A stretch of 64,000 nucleotides of DNA, from the NCBI GenBank assembly GCA_035260845.1, contig DATFUL010000008.1:5709-69708 (forward strand), in the 5' to 3' direction. Under the pieces are notes generated by a model that ran no database searches, was not told where the DNA came from, and saw nothing but the letters and a program-made list of their open reading frames with translations. A program made the translations under genes and the position numbers. Below are positions 10,077 through 19,475 of this stretch, in pieces; the first letter of the stretch is position 1; each line of letters begins with the position of its first letter. This stretch comes from Patescibacteria group bacterium (GTDB taxonomy: Bacteria; Patescibacteriota; Microgenomatia; UBA8517).

Positions 10077-10089
10077 TAGACAAAATATT

Positions 10090-10974
10090 ATGAAAAATAA
10101 TAATCAAATGTCCCAAAATCACGTCAATATATTGGGAATTCATGTACTTAGCACAACAATTCCTCAACTGCTAACAAGCCTGAGAGAAAAGATGGCCCAT
10201 AATATCAAGTTTTCCATTGTTACACCTAATCCTGAGCTTGTTTTGGCTTCAACTAAGAACCCAGAATTAAAAATTGCACTTAATTCAGCCACCTTTTCGG
10301 TTCCGGATGCAATTGGGCTATCACAAGCCACAAAGTATCAATCACTTAACGCACCTTCTAATATATTTTTAAGATTTCCGGTCACTCTCTTTCAAGGACT
10401 GGTAGTTGGCTCTGCAACTTTTTTTAATCGCGATTGGCTTACGAAAGAGTTAAAACCAATTAAAGGCAGGGTTCTTTTTGAAAAATTAATAGAACTTGCT
10501 AATAAAAAGGAGTGGAAAGTGTTTTTCCTGGGCGGAATAGGGGACGAGGCAGAAAAAGCCGCGGAAAAGTTAAGGAAGAACTATAAAATGGTTAAAATCG
10601 GGACTTTTAAGGGTCCCAAGTTAGATGTTGATGGGGAACCCAAGAGCGAATCAGATAAAAACCTACAAAAAGAAGCATTTAGTCTGATTAATAAGTTTTC
10701 GCCGAAACTACTCTTTGTGGCATTTGGTAATCCTAAGCAGGAAATCTGGATTCATAAGAATCTTAAGTATTTAGATGTTGGTGGGGCAATGGCTGTAGGG
10801 GGAACTCTCCGTTACGTAGCCGGAATAAGTAAGTTGCCACCCAAATGGATGGCTAAGGCTGGACTTGAGTGGGTTTGGAGACTAATTACCGAACCCTATC
10901 GTCTTGGTCGAATCTTTAATGCCTTTCCAATCTTTCCTTTAAGAATTTTTTGGTTCAAAGTTACTGATCGTTGA
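10090..10974 (+). CDS. WecB/TagA/CpsF family glycosyltransferase
   Basis: VTPNPE, VPDAIG, VFFLGG, FVAFGNPKQEIWI, GLEWVWRL. Confidence 0.93.
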   Translation: MKNNNQMSQNHVNILGIHVLSTTIPQLLTSLREKMAHNIKFSIVTPNPELVLASTKNPELKIALNSATFSVPDAIGLSQATKYQSLNAPSNIFLRFPVTLFQGLVVGSATFFNRDWLTKELKPIKGRVLFEKLIELANKKEWKVFFLGGIGDEAEKAAEKLRKNYKMVKIGTFKGPKLDVDGEPKSESDKNLQKEAFSLINKFSPKLLFVAFGNPKQEIWIHKNLKYLDVGGAMAVGGTLRYVAGISKLPPKWMAKAGLEWVWRLITEPYRLGRIFNAFPIFPLRIFWFKVTDR

Positions 10975-11475
10975 CCAATTTTTAGCAAAATCCTCCTTGG
11001 CCCTGTAAATTCTGCCTTCAACAGCCCTTTCACTAATACCTAAAATCTTGCCAATTTGTTCGTAAGAGTAGTCCTTCCAATATCTAAACCATAAAAGGCG
11101 GCGTTTTTCGTATGGCAAAAGATTCAAACAATCATTAACCGAAAGCTTTAATTCCTTAAGTGCCAAACTCTCCTCAGGGGACAGATTTGTACTATCAATA
11201 TAGCTCAAACTATCTAGGAGTGGAACAATAAAACGGGAACTTGTGTTCACTTGGTCGTGGTAATAGTCTGCAATTTTGTTTAATGCAATTCGGCAAAGCC
11301 AAGTAAAATAACTACTTTTGTGTCCAAAAGTTTTGTAGCCTTTCCAAGCGGCTACAATTGTTTCTTCAAAAACTTCCTCAACCGCAGCTTCGTCTTTTCT
11401 TAAATGTTTGGCAATGAACTTAAAAAGAATCGGGGAGTATTTTTTATAAAGAGAGTCAAATCGTGGGCTTTTCAT
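10939..11475 (-). CDS. ECF-type RNA polymerase sigma-70 factor
   Basis: Region 2 YFTWLCRIALNKIADY; region 4 YSYEQIGKILGISERAVEGRIYRAK. Confidence 0.92.
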   Translation of the reverse strand: MKSPRFDSLYKKYSPILFKFIAKHLRKDEAAVEEVFEETIVAAWKGYKTFGHKSSYFTWLCRIALNKIADYYHDQVNTSSRFIVPLLDSLSYIDSTNLSPEESLALKELKLSVNDCLNLLPYEKRRLLWFRYWKDYSYEQIGKILGISERAVEGRIYRAKEDFAKNWSTISNFEPKNS

Positions 11476-11518
11476 TAAAATACAGACTAATTATATATCA
11501 TGATACAATTCAGCTAAT

Positions 11519-11764
11519 ATGCCAGAAAAATTAATATTTGTTAACCCTGGTGAAGCTCGGCGACTCGGATTGATCATAAAAAGGCTGACTGAGGGGGGAC
11601 TTTTAGAAGAAGGTGAGCAGATCATGGTTGGATCAGATTCCAGTCTGACTTCGTCTAAGGCTGCAACACAAATTAGAGTCGAACATATTTACAGAGATGG
11701 TACAAAAGGGCATGGACCAACAGATGTTGTTTCTGAGAAGGGCAGCGTAAGTTTTCGTAAATAA
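11519..11764 (+). CDS. Small hypothetical protein
   Basis: 81-aa ORF preceded by TGATACAAT; fills the gap before idi. Confidence 0.6.
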   Translation: MPEKLIFVNPGEARRLGLIIKRLTEGGLLEEGEQIMVGSDSSLTSSKAATQIRVEHIYRDGTKGHGPTDVVSEKGSVSFRK

Positions 11765-11772
11765 TTCCAAAG

Positions 11773-12294
11773 ATGGCTTCAAATAAAACCCAAATGGTTT
11801 TGGTTGACAAAAACGACCACGTTTTGGGTTTCAAAGAAAAATTTTCCACCCACAAAATTCCGGTACCTCTTCACCGCGCGATCTCGATAATTATATTTAA
11901 TAAAGATAAGAGTGAGATGCTTATTACCAAAAGGGCAAAGATTAAGCCAACCTGGCCATATATTTGGACAAATGCAGTTTGCTCTCATCCGTATCCAAAC
12001 GAAACATACAAAAAAGCAGCAGAAAGGCGACTTTACGAAGAACTTGGCTTTAAAACTCCAATTAAAGAGGTTTTTAGATTTACATATAAAGCCGAAATGG
12101 ATAATAAAGTTTGGGGAGAGCACGAGTATGATGTTTCATTTGTTGGGAGGTATGAGGGGAAAGTTCATCCCAATTCCAATGAAGTTGCAGGCTATGAGTG
12201 GATAAAAATAGTGGATCTCAAAAAAGATCTAAGAAAGAGTCCTAAAAAATACTCTCCCTGGTTTAAAATAATTCTAAAGAAACTAAAGGTTTAA
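11773..12294 (+). CDS. idi: Isopentenyl-diphosphate delta-isomerase type 1 (Nudix fold)
   Basis: LHRAISI, WTNAVCSHP, RRLYEELG, EHEYD, YSPWF. Confidence 0.95.
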   Translation: MASNKTQMVLVDKNDHVLGFKEKFSTHKIPVPLHRAISIIIFNKDKSEMLITKRAKIKPTWPYIWTNAVCSHPYPNETYKKAAERRLYEELGFKTPIKEVFRFTYKAEMDNKVWGEHEYDVSFVGRYEGKVHPNSNEVAGYEWIKIVDLKKDLRKSPKKYSPWFKIILKKLKV

Positions 12295-13172
12295 TATTTT
12301 CTATCTAAGATGAAATCAGTCAGTTCCTTTAGCTCAGTTCTTGCAGGTTCGCTATTTAAAAATCCCAAATCTTTTTCAAAAATGTCTTTTGCTTTTTGCT
12401 TCATCTCTTCTGCTAATTTTCTTGTATAGTCCACTCCCTGTGTGTTGGCCAAAGTTACTTTACTTTCCTTTTTATCTTGTTCCAAATCAAGTATGTCATC
12501 AACTAATTGGAAACATCTGCCTAAATACAAACCAAACTCAGTAATTTTATCAATTTGATCTTTTGAGGCCCCTGCTACAATTGCTCCAAGCCTCATAGGC
12601 CCTGCAATTGAGTAATAAGCACTTTTACTGTCTGCCACAAAAAAGTATTGATCGTTATCGATTTTGCCTGATTTTTCATTGTTCCACATTTGCTCAACTC
12701 CTTGCCCCAAGGCTGTTCGCATTAGCATTTTGTAAAATTCATCGCTTACCTCTTTAGAGCCAACATCATTTACCATTTTCCACATAATCATATGCAAAGC
12801 GTCACCCGCATTTATGGCAAGTTCTGGTCCATAAATTTTGTGGAGGCTGGCTTTACCGCGTCTTTCATCTGAATTATCCTCGATATCATCGTGAATCAAA
12901 ATCCATTCTTCAGAAAGCTGCATTGCCGCAGCCACGGCAACCGCCTTTTTAATATCACCATTAAGTGCTTGGGCGATTAGTAAAACTGCAGTAGGCCTTA
13001 AATATTTACCTTTTCGCTCTGGATATTCGCGATTAATTTTCCAATATGTGTCAACTTCTTTTTTGAACTTTTCGGGGATTGTGAACTGAATGGGGAACAG
13101 TGGGTCTTTTAAATACTTATCAATATCTGGCCAAACGAGAGCCTTTGTCTTTTCTAGCGTGTCAGTTATCAT
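12291..13172 (-). CDS. Short-chain polyprenyl diphosphate synthase (FPP/GGPP synthase family)
   Basis: GKYLRP, LIHDDIED..RRG (FARM), GQG, FQLVDDILD (SARM). Confidence 0.93.
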   Translation of the reverse strand: MITDTLEKTKALVWPDIDKYLKDPLFPIQFTIPEKFKKEVDTYWKINREYPERKGKYLRPTAVLLIAQALNGDIKKAVAVAAAMQLSEEWILIHDDIEDNSDERRGKASLHKIYGPELAINAGDALHMIMWKMVNDVGSKEVSDEFYKMLMRTALGQGVEQMWNNEKSGKIDNDQYFFVADSKSAYYSIAGPMRLGAIVAGASKDQIDKITEFGLYLGRCFQLVDDILDLEQDKKESKVTLANTQGVDYTRKLAEEMKQKAKDIFEKDLGFLNSEPARTELKELTDFILDRKY

Positions 13173-13217
13173 AATCTAAGTATATCAGCTTGTGTCACTA
13201 TGATATAATTTCTAGGC

Positions 13218-14468
13218 ATGACAGACGTGATCAGCCTCCCCAAAGGTACTGTAATTCCTAACCACATAGCCATGATTCTCGATGGCAACAGACGCTGGGC
13301 CAGAAGCCGTGGTCTTGCTCCTTGGAAAGGGCATTATTATGGCTATAAAGCTGTTAACGCCCTGGCGCACGCCACACGTAAATTAGGAATCCATACTTTT
13401 ACTGTTTGGGCTTTTTCTACCGAAAACTGGGAGAGGCCCCAAAAAGAAATTGACGAGATTATGAACATTTTTAGACAAGCCCTTAAAGAAACCGAAAAAG
13501 ACTTTCATAAAGAACATGTTGCTATGGTTCACTTAGGCCGTAAAGACAGATTACCTGCCGATATCCGTGCCGAAGTCATAAGGATTGAAAATGAAACTGC
13601 CAAATATTCAAAAGAGCACATTTTTAATATGGCGATAGACTACGGTGGCAGGGATGAAATTGTTAGGGCAGTTCAAAAAATAGTTAGTGAAGGCGTTCCG
13701 GCCGAGAAAATCACCGAAAAGAAATTTGCAGAATATTTGGACACTTATAATCAACCATACCCGGATCCGGACTTATTTATTCGCACAAGCGGGGAACAAA
13801 GAACTAGCGGACTTTTGCCCTGGCAAATGGCTTACACAGAATTTTATTTTGAACCAGAACACTTGCCGGACTTTTCTCCAACAAAGCTAAAAGAGGCAAT
13901 TTTGGACTATTCAAGGCGCAGGCGTAGGTTTGGCGGCAATGATGCAGTCGAGCATTTTGGATTTGATCCGCAAGTTTTGGCACACCTGGAACTTAAATGG
14001 TGGCGCTTGGGTAATATTCCGGAAGGAATGAAATTCCGCGAATATGCAATGAAGCATTTATCCGAACAATTTGGCCTTTCTAAAAGTTTAGCGGGGGAGG
14101 CAGCCCATTTACTTCTCGAAGCTATAAAGGAGGAAAACGACAACAAACTGGAAAAAGCTACCAATAAACTTAAAAAATTCTATACCTTAATTAAAAATGA
14201 AGTTAAATTGGCTTTTGAACCGGAGATTGTGGCCTCTTTGGAAGTTAGAATGCGCAACGAAAAAGGAGAATCAGAAGACACAACTCGCGAATATTTGGCG
14301 GAGGTTTATAGAATTAGTCTTTTCCAAGCCGCAAAAGCGGCCCACCTTAAAGTTTTGGCAGCAGTTGAAAGGAATCTTGCTCAAGCCGGAATGGGGGAAA
14401 ATCATTGGGCCAAGGCAGAAGACTACCTCACTAAATATTATATGGCGCTTAAGGAAAGGGTGGCCTAA
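13218..14468 (+). CDS. uppS: Undecaprenyl diphosphate synthase with about 170-aa C-terminal extension
   Basis: PNHIAMILDGNRRWA, FSTENWERP, YGGRDEI, PDLFIRTSGEQRTSG, RRRRFGG. Confidence 0.95.
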   Translation: MTDVISLPKGTVIPNHIAMILDGNRRWARSRGLAPWKGHYYGYKAVNALAHATRKLGIHTFTVWAFSTENWERPQKEIDEIMNIFRQALKETEKDFHKEHVAMVHLGRKDRLPADIRAEVIRIENETAKYSKEHIFNMAIDYGGRDEIVRAVQKIVSEGVPAEKITEKKFAEYLDTYNQPYPDPDLFIRTSGEQRTSGLLPWQMAYTEFYFEPEHLPDFSPTKLKEAILDYSRRRRRFGGNDAVEHFGFDPQVLAHLELKWWRLGNIPEGMKFREYAMKHLSEQFGLSKSLAGEAAHLLLEAIKEENDNKLEKATNKLKKFYTLIKNEVKLAFEPEIVASLEVRMRNEKGESEDTTREYLAEVYRISLFQAAKAAHLKVLAAVERNLAQAGMGENHWAKAEDYLTKYYMALKERVA

Positions 14469-14472
14469 TTTT

Positions 14473-15492
14473 ATGTCTGAACCCATTTCACGAAGAGATT
14501 TTCTAAAAATAGTTGGGGTTGGTTTGGGGGCCGGGGCTTTGATTGCTGCTAAAGTCGAAGCAAATATAAATCCACATTTTGCAAATGGCTTAAAAGTTGT
14601 TAAAGAACTAACTACCGCCGAGCTAAGTCGCGATCCCGAAAAAATATTAGAATCAAAAAAATTAGCAATGGTTTGGTTGTTTGCAGAAACTGCCACAAAA
14701 TACAGTAAAGAAATGGGCCTCGGAGGGGCTGGGTTAGGAATGGAGCACTTTTTATATGGTAATGGTCAACCTCTAGATATTACACCTTTGTTAGAAAAAG
14801 TAGTCAAAATAGAACCAGAAAGATTTGTTGGTAAGTTAGTAAATGCCGCCATTACTGATAAGGAAGATGATTACAAGCGTGTTTCACCCGAAAAGGATTA
14901 TCAATTTACAAATAGGGCACTTAAAGAACTTAAAAGTACAACTGGACTTAATACAGCTCTTGATGCTCGGGAGTGGGATATGGGGTGGGAAGAACAATTC
15001 AATGCGTTCGGTGGGGCAAGATACGTTCTTCATGCCCAAGAGGCGGATATTGTATCCCAAGATGGGTGGGGGGAGACGGTTATTCTAGAAAAAGGGATCG
15101 ATATCGCAGCTACAGACAGGTATTATTGGCAGTTAAACAATCCAGTATTTTTGCCTTCAGATGTTGGACAGGTTGCAGAAAAAGGGGCAGAAACGTTGTT
15201 TGATCAATTTTATAAATCTCATGACGTTGTTGAAAAAACACTTAGAGAATTGAAACTTCCAGAGGACTCAGTAATTAAGATTATGAATATATATTCAAGC
15301 GATCAAAGAGATGAATTTACATCTAATTTAGCACCAAGTGCATATAAATTAGCGGAAAAGATTGATCAGTCATTAATTGGGGCGCCAGATTTAGTTGAAA
15401 ATGACTTAAATTTATTAAAGAAAATTGGAGCAATGGAATACGATATGACTGGACACATAAATATTTCCAATAGACTTAAAGTTGTTGTATAG
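14473..15492 (+). CDS. Hypothetical protein with twin-arginine-like N-terminus
   Basis: ATG at 14473 gives MSEPISRRDFLKIVGVGLGAGALIAA; upstream part of the listed ORF overlaps uppS. Confidence 0.75.
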   Translation: MSEPISRRDFLKIVGVGLGAGALIAAKVEANINPHFANGLKVVKELTTAELSRDPEKILESKKLAMVWLFAETATKYSKEMGLGGAGLGMEHFLYGNGQPLDITPLLEKVVKIEPERFVGKLVNAAITDKEDDYKRVSPEKDYQFTNRALKELKSTTGLNTALDAREWDMGWEEQFNAFGGARYVLHAQEADIVSQDGWGETVILEKGIDIAATDRYYWQLNNPVFLPSDVGQVAEKGAETLFDQFYKSHDVVEKTLRELKLPEDSVIKIMNIYSSDQRDEFTSNLAPSAYKLAEKIDQSLIGAPDLVENDLNLLKKIGAMEYDMTGHINISNRLKVVV

Positions 15493-15516
15493 CCCTATCT
15501 AGAGTAGAATCGCTTC

Positions 15517-16977
15517 ATGCAGGCTTTCAAAAACAAAACCATTCTCCAAATCTTAGATAAATATAAAGATCTTTGGGCCATAGGCCATGTATCCGCAGTT
15601 TCCCATTGGGACTTGGAAACTTACATGCCACAAAAGGGAGCTGGAGCAAGAGGACAGGCACTTGGCCGGCTAGCAACTATCCGCCAAAGATTGTTCCTCG
15701 ACCCAGCCTTCACCAAATTGTTGGTTTCGGCGGGCAAGCAAAAGTTAAACGATCAGGAAAAAGCAGTTGTGAGAACACTTGTTAGGGCCTTAAAGTTTTA
15801 TGAGAAGCTGCCATCAAAATTTATAGAGGACTTTGAGATTTTAACCAATAAGGCTACAGTTGTTTGGCGTGAGGCTAAGGAAAAGAATAACTTTAAAATC
15901 TTTGAAAAAGACTTGGCCAAAATATTCGACATGAATAAGCAGGCGGCAGAGTACTTGGGTTACAAAGATTCGCCCTATGATGCACTTTTAGATCAATTTG
16001 AAGAAGACTTAACTAGTAAGGAAGTCGAATCATTCTTCAGTGAAATAAAACAACCACTTAAAGACCTGTTGGGGAAGATCAAGAACTCTAAAAATTATCA
16101 AAAAACACACTTCCTTGAAAAGGCAAAATATGATCGCTCAAAAATAGAAACTCTTAACACTAAGATACTAAAAACTCTCTGGAGCGATATGGAACGGTTT
16201 AGACTAGATATCTCAAGTCATCCTTTTACAACCTCCTTTTCTAATACGGACACCCGTATAACTACATGGTATCACAAGACCGATTTCGGTAGAAGTCTCC
16301 TCGCCACTGTTCATGAATTTGGCCACGCGCTTTATGACTTGCAATCTGCGGATGAACTCGAGATGACTCCTATTGAAGGAGGTTCGTCCCTCGTAATTCA
16401 TGAATCACAAAGCAGATTTTGGGAAAACTTTATAGGTAGAAGTGAACCTTTTATCCAATTTATATTAAAAGATGCAAGAGAAGCTGTTAAAACAAACATT
16501 TCAGCTTCCGATATTTATTCCTATTTTAATAAAGTTAGACCTGGACTTCTAAGAGTTGAGGCCGATGAAGTTACCTACCACTTCCACATAATGCTTAGGT
16601 ATGAGATCGAAAAAGGATTAATTGAAGGTAAACTCAAAGTCCGTGATTTACCCGAGATTTGGAATGCAAAAATGAAGGAATATTTAGGTGTTACCCCCAA
16701 AAAAGACTCAGATGGAGTTTTACAGGATATTCACTGGAGCGGGGGAATGGTGGGGTACTTTCCAACTTATTCACTCGGAACGTTCTTAGGAGCGCAGTGG
16801 GAGGAGAAGATGAATCTAGAATCTGGAATCAAGAATATAGGGAAGATAGAAAGCTGGCTCAAGGAACACATACATAAATATGGTTCAACTTACACAATGC
16901 TGGAGCTCCTCACGAAAAATAAAATGAAGTTTGATCCTAGTGTGAACTTAAATTATTTAAACAAGAAGTACTCTTAA
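15517..16977 (+). CDS. M32 family carboxypeptidase (Taq-like)
   Basis: HPF, TRITT, HEFGH, HESQSRFWEN, RVEADE, QDIHW, GYFPTY. Confidence 0.96.
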   Translation: MQAFKNKTILQILDKYKDLWAIGHVSAVSHWDLETYMPQKGAGARGQALGRLATIRQRLFLDPAFTKLLVSAGKQKLNDQEKAVVRTLVRALKFYEKLPSKFIEDFEILTNKATVVWREAKEKNNFKIFEKDLAKIFDMNKQAAEYLGYKDSPYDALLDQFEEDLTSKEVESFFSEIKQPLKDLLGKIKNSKNYQKTHFLEKAKYDRSKIETLNTKILKTLWSDMERFRLDISSHPFTTSFSNTDTRITTWYHKTDFGRSLLATVHEFGHALYDLQSADELEMTPIEGGSSLVIHESQSRFWENFIGRSEPFIQFILKDAREAVKTNISASDIYSYFNKVRPGLLRVEADEVTYHFHIMLRYEIEKGLIEGKLKVRDLPEIWNAKMKEYLGVTPKKDSDGVLQDIHWSGGMVGYFPTYSLGTFLGAQWEEKMNLESGIKNIGKIESWLKEHIHKYGSTYTMLELLTKNKMKFDPSVNLNYLNKKYS

Positions 16978-17210
16978 ATTCTTTCGCCTCGAGCTGTTGA
17001 TTCCCTATGATCTTTTCTATTACTCATGATTTCTTTATGATGCATCAACTGAGAATAAAATTTTTCGATTCTAGCATGACCCATATTAAGAAGAGCTACT
17101 GGGTCAAGATCTGTATGTGCCTGATTTGAGTCACTTAAGACAGGGATTGTTGTTCTATTTTGACCGCCGATTACAACTGTATAAGTTCTAGGTTTCATTT
17201 GAAGAATCAT
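16974..17210 (-). CDS. Small hypothetical protein
   Basis: 78-aa ORF filling the gap, 4-bp stop overlap with the carboxypeptidase gene. Confidence 0.45.
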   Translation of the reverse strand: MILQMKPRTYTVVIGGQNRTTIPVLSDSNQAHTDLDPVALLNMGHARIEKFYSQLMHHKEIMSNRKDHRESTARGERI

Positions 17211-17328
17211 AACTCAGGCATTTAAAAAATCAACTACTAAAAAACACAAAATGACACTTGACACTCTTGTGGCGCTTTGATATCTTCTGACTAGGAAAGA
17301 TAAAGGACAGGCAGGGGACTATAACAAA

Positions 17329-17547
17329 ATGGAACCAACTACTAAAAAGAAAGTCAGATTAGAAAATCTTCCAGATTTACTTACCGTGCGCGAGGTTGCA
17401 GATATATTAAGAGTCTCACCACTCACAATTAAACGGTGGGGCAAACGCGGCAAACTTCCAGCTATAAGAATAAACAGTAGAGGTGATAGGCGCTATAAGA
17501 AAGAAGCCGTACTTTGGTTATTGGGGATGCAGTCCAAGGAAGAGTAG
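17329..17547 (+). CDS. Excisionase/BldC-like MerR-type HTH DNA-binding protein
   Basis: LLTVREVADILRVSPLTIKRWGKRGKLPAIRINSRGDRRY. Confidence 0.88.
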   Translation: MEPTTKKKVRLENLPDLLTVREVADILRVSPLTIKRWGKRGKLPAIRINSRGDRRYKKEAVLWLLGMQSKEE

Positions 17548-17580
17548 TCTTCTTTCTTGGCTCCGAGCTTTGCTCGTAGT

Positions 17581-17628
17581 AAAAAAGAAGCTGTCCTCTG
17601 GCTTCTAGGCATGCAAAGTAAGGAAGAA
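17581..17628 (+). other. Synonymously recoded duplicate of the last 16 codons of the HTH gene
   Basis: Encodes KKEAVLWLLGMQSKEE, identical to 17497-17544, with 14 of 48 nt different and all changes synonymous. Confidence 0.95.
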
Positions 17629-17633
17629 AAACT

Positions 17634-17744
17634 CTTCAAATTCGAAGTACGAAGTACGAATTTCGAAACAAATTCCAAACGTTTTGAAAATTCAAATTTA
17701 GAAATTTGACACTGTTTCGATATTAGAATTTCGTATTTAATATC
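17634..17744. repeat. Heptamer-based quasi-palindromic element (TTCGAAA/TTTCGAT family)
   Basis: aaattcgaagtacgaagtacgaatttcgaaaca ... tgtttcgatattagaatttcgtattt. Confidence 0.8.
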
Positions 17745-19475
17745 TTAATCTAATTTGATCTGTAAATTCCAAAAATGAGAGTAGAGGCTGCCTTTTTTGG
17801 CTACTAGCTCTTTGTGAGTTCCAACTTCTTTTATCTTTCCATTCTCCATGACTACAATTTTATCCGCTCTCATAATTGTACTTAGCCTGTGAGCAATAAT
17901 AATGGTAGTTTTGCCGCGTCTAGCCTTCCAGAACGCATCCTGAATAAGTTTTTCCGATTCGGAGTCAAGATGGCTTGTAGCTTCATCAAAGACAACAATG
18001 TCAGGATCACTTAGAATCATGCGTGCAATTGCTAAGCGCTGCTTTTGGCCTCCGGAAAGTTTAACTCCACGCTCACCAACCTCTGTATTGTATTTAAGTT
18101 TTAAGCTATCAATAAAAGTGTCGATATTTGCAAGCTTTGAGGCCGATTTAATCTCGCTTAACTTTGGATTATCCTTTCCATAACCAATGTTGTAAGCAAT
18201 TGTGTTATTAAAAAGAATTGGTTCTTGGGGAACTACTCCCACAAAACTTCTTAAAGTGCTTTTGTTAAAATCTTTAATGTTAATGCCGTCGACCGTAATC
18301 TCACCCGAGTCCAAATCATAAAATCTCATGAGTAATTTAGCTAGGGTGGTCTTACCACTTCCGCTTCTTCCCACTAAGGCTATCGACTGGCCTTCCTCAA
18401 CTTTCAGGTTAATTCCATTAATAGCGTTTTTACTGCGGCCGTTATAAGTAAAATGAACGTTATTAAAATTAATAATACCGGAAACTCGGCTGATATTAAC
18501 TGGTTTTGAGGGATCTTTTACCTCAATTGCGTAGTCAAGTAAGCCAAAATATTTTTGCAGATCAGTGAATGATTTTGAGATATCTCTTAAACTCCAGACT
18601 AAATCCCAAAGTCTTGGAAACAGGATACTGATAAATGCAGTTACCAAGACGAAACTACCAACAGTCATGTGTAGATTTGTTGTGCTCACAATGCTAAAAA
18701 ATAAAATTGCAAAAATAGTAATATTAAAAAGAGTTCCAAGAGTAATATCTATATAGCGGTAGGTTAGGGTAAAGTCCCAAAGAGATTTGTACCAGGGTTT
18801 AAAAGCATTTGCTAGCCTGGTTTTTTCGAACTTTTCTCTGGCAAAAAGCTTAACTGTTTCATAATTAAGCATGTTGTCAGTAATAATGTCTGATACATTA
18901 TCTTCTTCTTCATTAAAAATTCTTCGTCTTTTGACATTTAAGGAGATAAAGAAATTGGCAATAATTAGAGTAAGTATGATTGAGACGCCTGCAATAATTG
19001 CAATTCGGAAGTCCAGGGCAATAAAGAAACAGAACATGACTATTATACTTACCGTAATGTCTAAGATCCTGTGGTGTAGGATAAAGAACAAGTCAAAGAA
19101 TGCATTGTCACCACGTTTAAAGGCAGATATTAAAGAGCCCGTGCTTTTATTAGAATGAAATACAAAATCAAGATCTTGTACCCAGGCAAAAATTTCTTGC
19201 CTAGCTAGTTTTGCGGCATCGAATGTTGCTTTATCACCAAACCAAAAGCTGATCTCAACAAAGAAAAGAGAAAGAACACTTGTTGCAATATAAAAAATAA
19301 GGATTCTAAGTAAGGTTGGGTAATTAAGTGTTGGAATTGCGTCCACAAAAAGTTTATAAAAATAGGGAATTAGGTTGTCTAGGGCCCCAGCCATAATCGC
19401 ACCAGCCACGAGCATTGTGTAGCCTAAACGGTTTGTTGTAGCAAACCTGAAAAATGTCTTTAAGATTTTATACAT
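17745..19475 (-). CDS. ABC transporter, fused permease + ATPase (ABCB/Atm1-like exporter)
   Basis: TM domain, GRSGSGKT, LSGGQKQR, VFDEATSHLD, AHRLST. Confidence 0.95.
   Translation of the reverse strand: MYKILKTFFRFATTNRLGYTMLVAGAIMAGALDNLIPYFYKLFVDAIPTLNYPTLLRILIFYIATSVLSLFFVEISFWFGDKATFDAAKLARQEIFAWVQDLDFVFHSNKSTGSLISAFKRGDNAFFDLFFILHHRILDITVSIIVMFCFFIALDFRIAIIAGVSIILTLIIANFFISLNVKRRRIFNEEEDNVSDIITDNMLNYETVKLFAREKFEKTRLANAFKPWYKSLWDFTLTYRYIDITLGTLFNITIFAILFFSIVSTTNLHMTVGSFVLVTAFISILFPRLWDLVWSLRDISKSFTDLQKYFGLLDYAIEVKDPSKPVNISRVSGIINFNNVHFTYNGRSKNAINGINLKVEEGQSIALVGRSGSGKTTLAKLLMRFYDLDSGEITVDGINIKDFNKSTLRSFVGVVPQEPILFNNTIAYNIGYGKDNPKLSEIKSASKLANIDTFIDSLKLKYNTEVGERGVKLSGGQKQRLAIARMILSDPDIVVFDEATSHLDSESEKLIQDAFWKARRGKTTIIIAHRLSTIMRADKIVVMENGKIKEVGTHKELVAKKGSLYSHFWNLQIKLD

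Noticed and set aside
9653-10089. Replication origin
   Set aside because: No convincing TTATNCACA boxes and no dnaA/dnaN nearby; kept only as a low-interest finding
14197-14472. 5' extension of the 431-aa ORF overlapping uppS
   Set aside because: Shadow frame of uppS; the ATG at 14473 gives a sensible signal peptide
17329-17547. Prophage excisionase marking a prophage
   Set aside because: No integrase or phage genes nearby; a chromosomal BldC-like regulator is more likely
17497-17628. DGR template/variable repeat pair
   Set aside because: Differences are synonymous rather than adenine-specific, and there is no reverse transcriptase in the window
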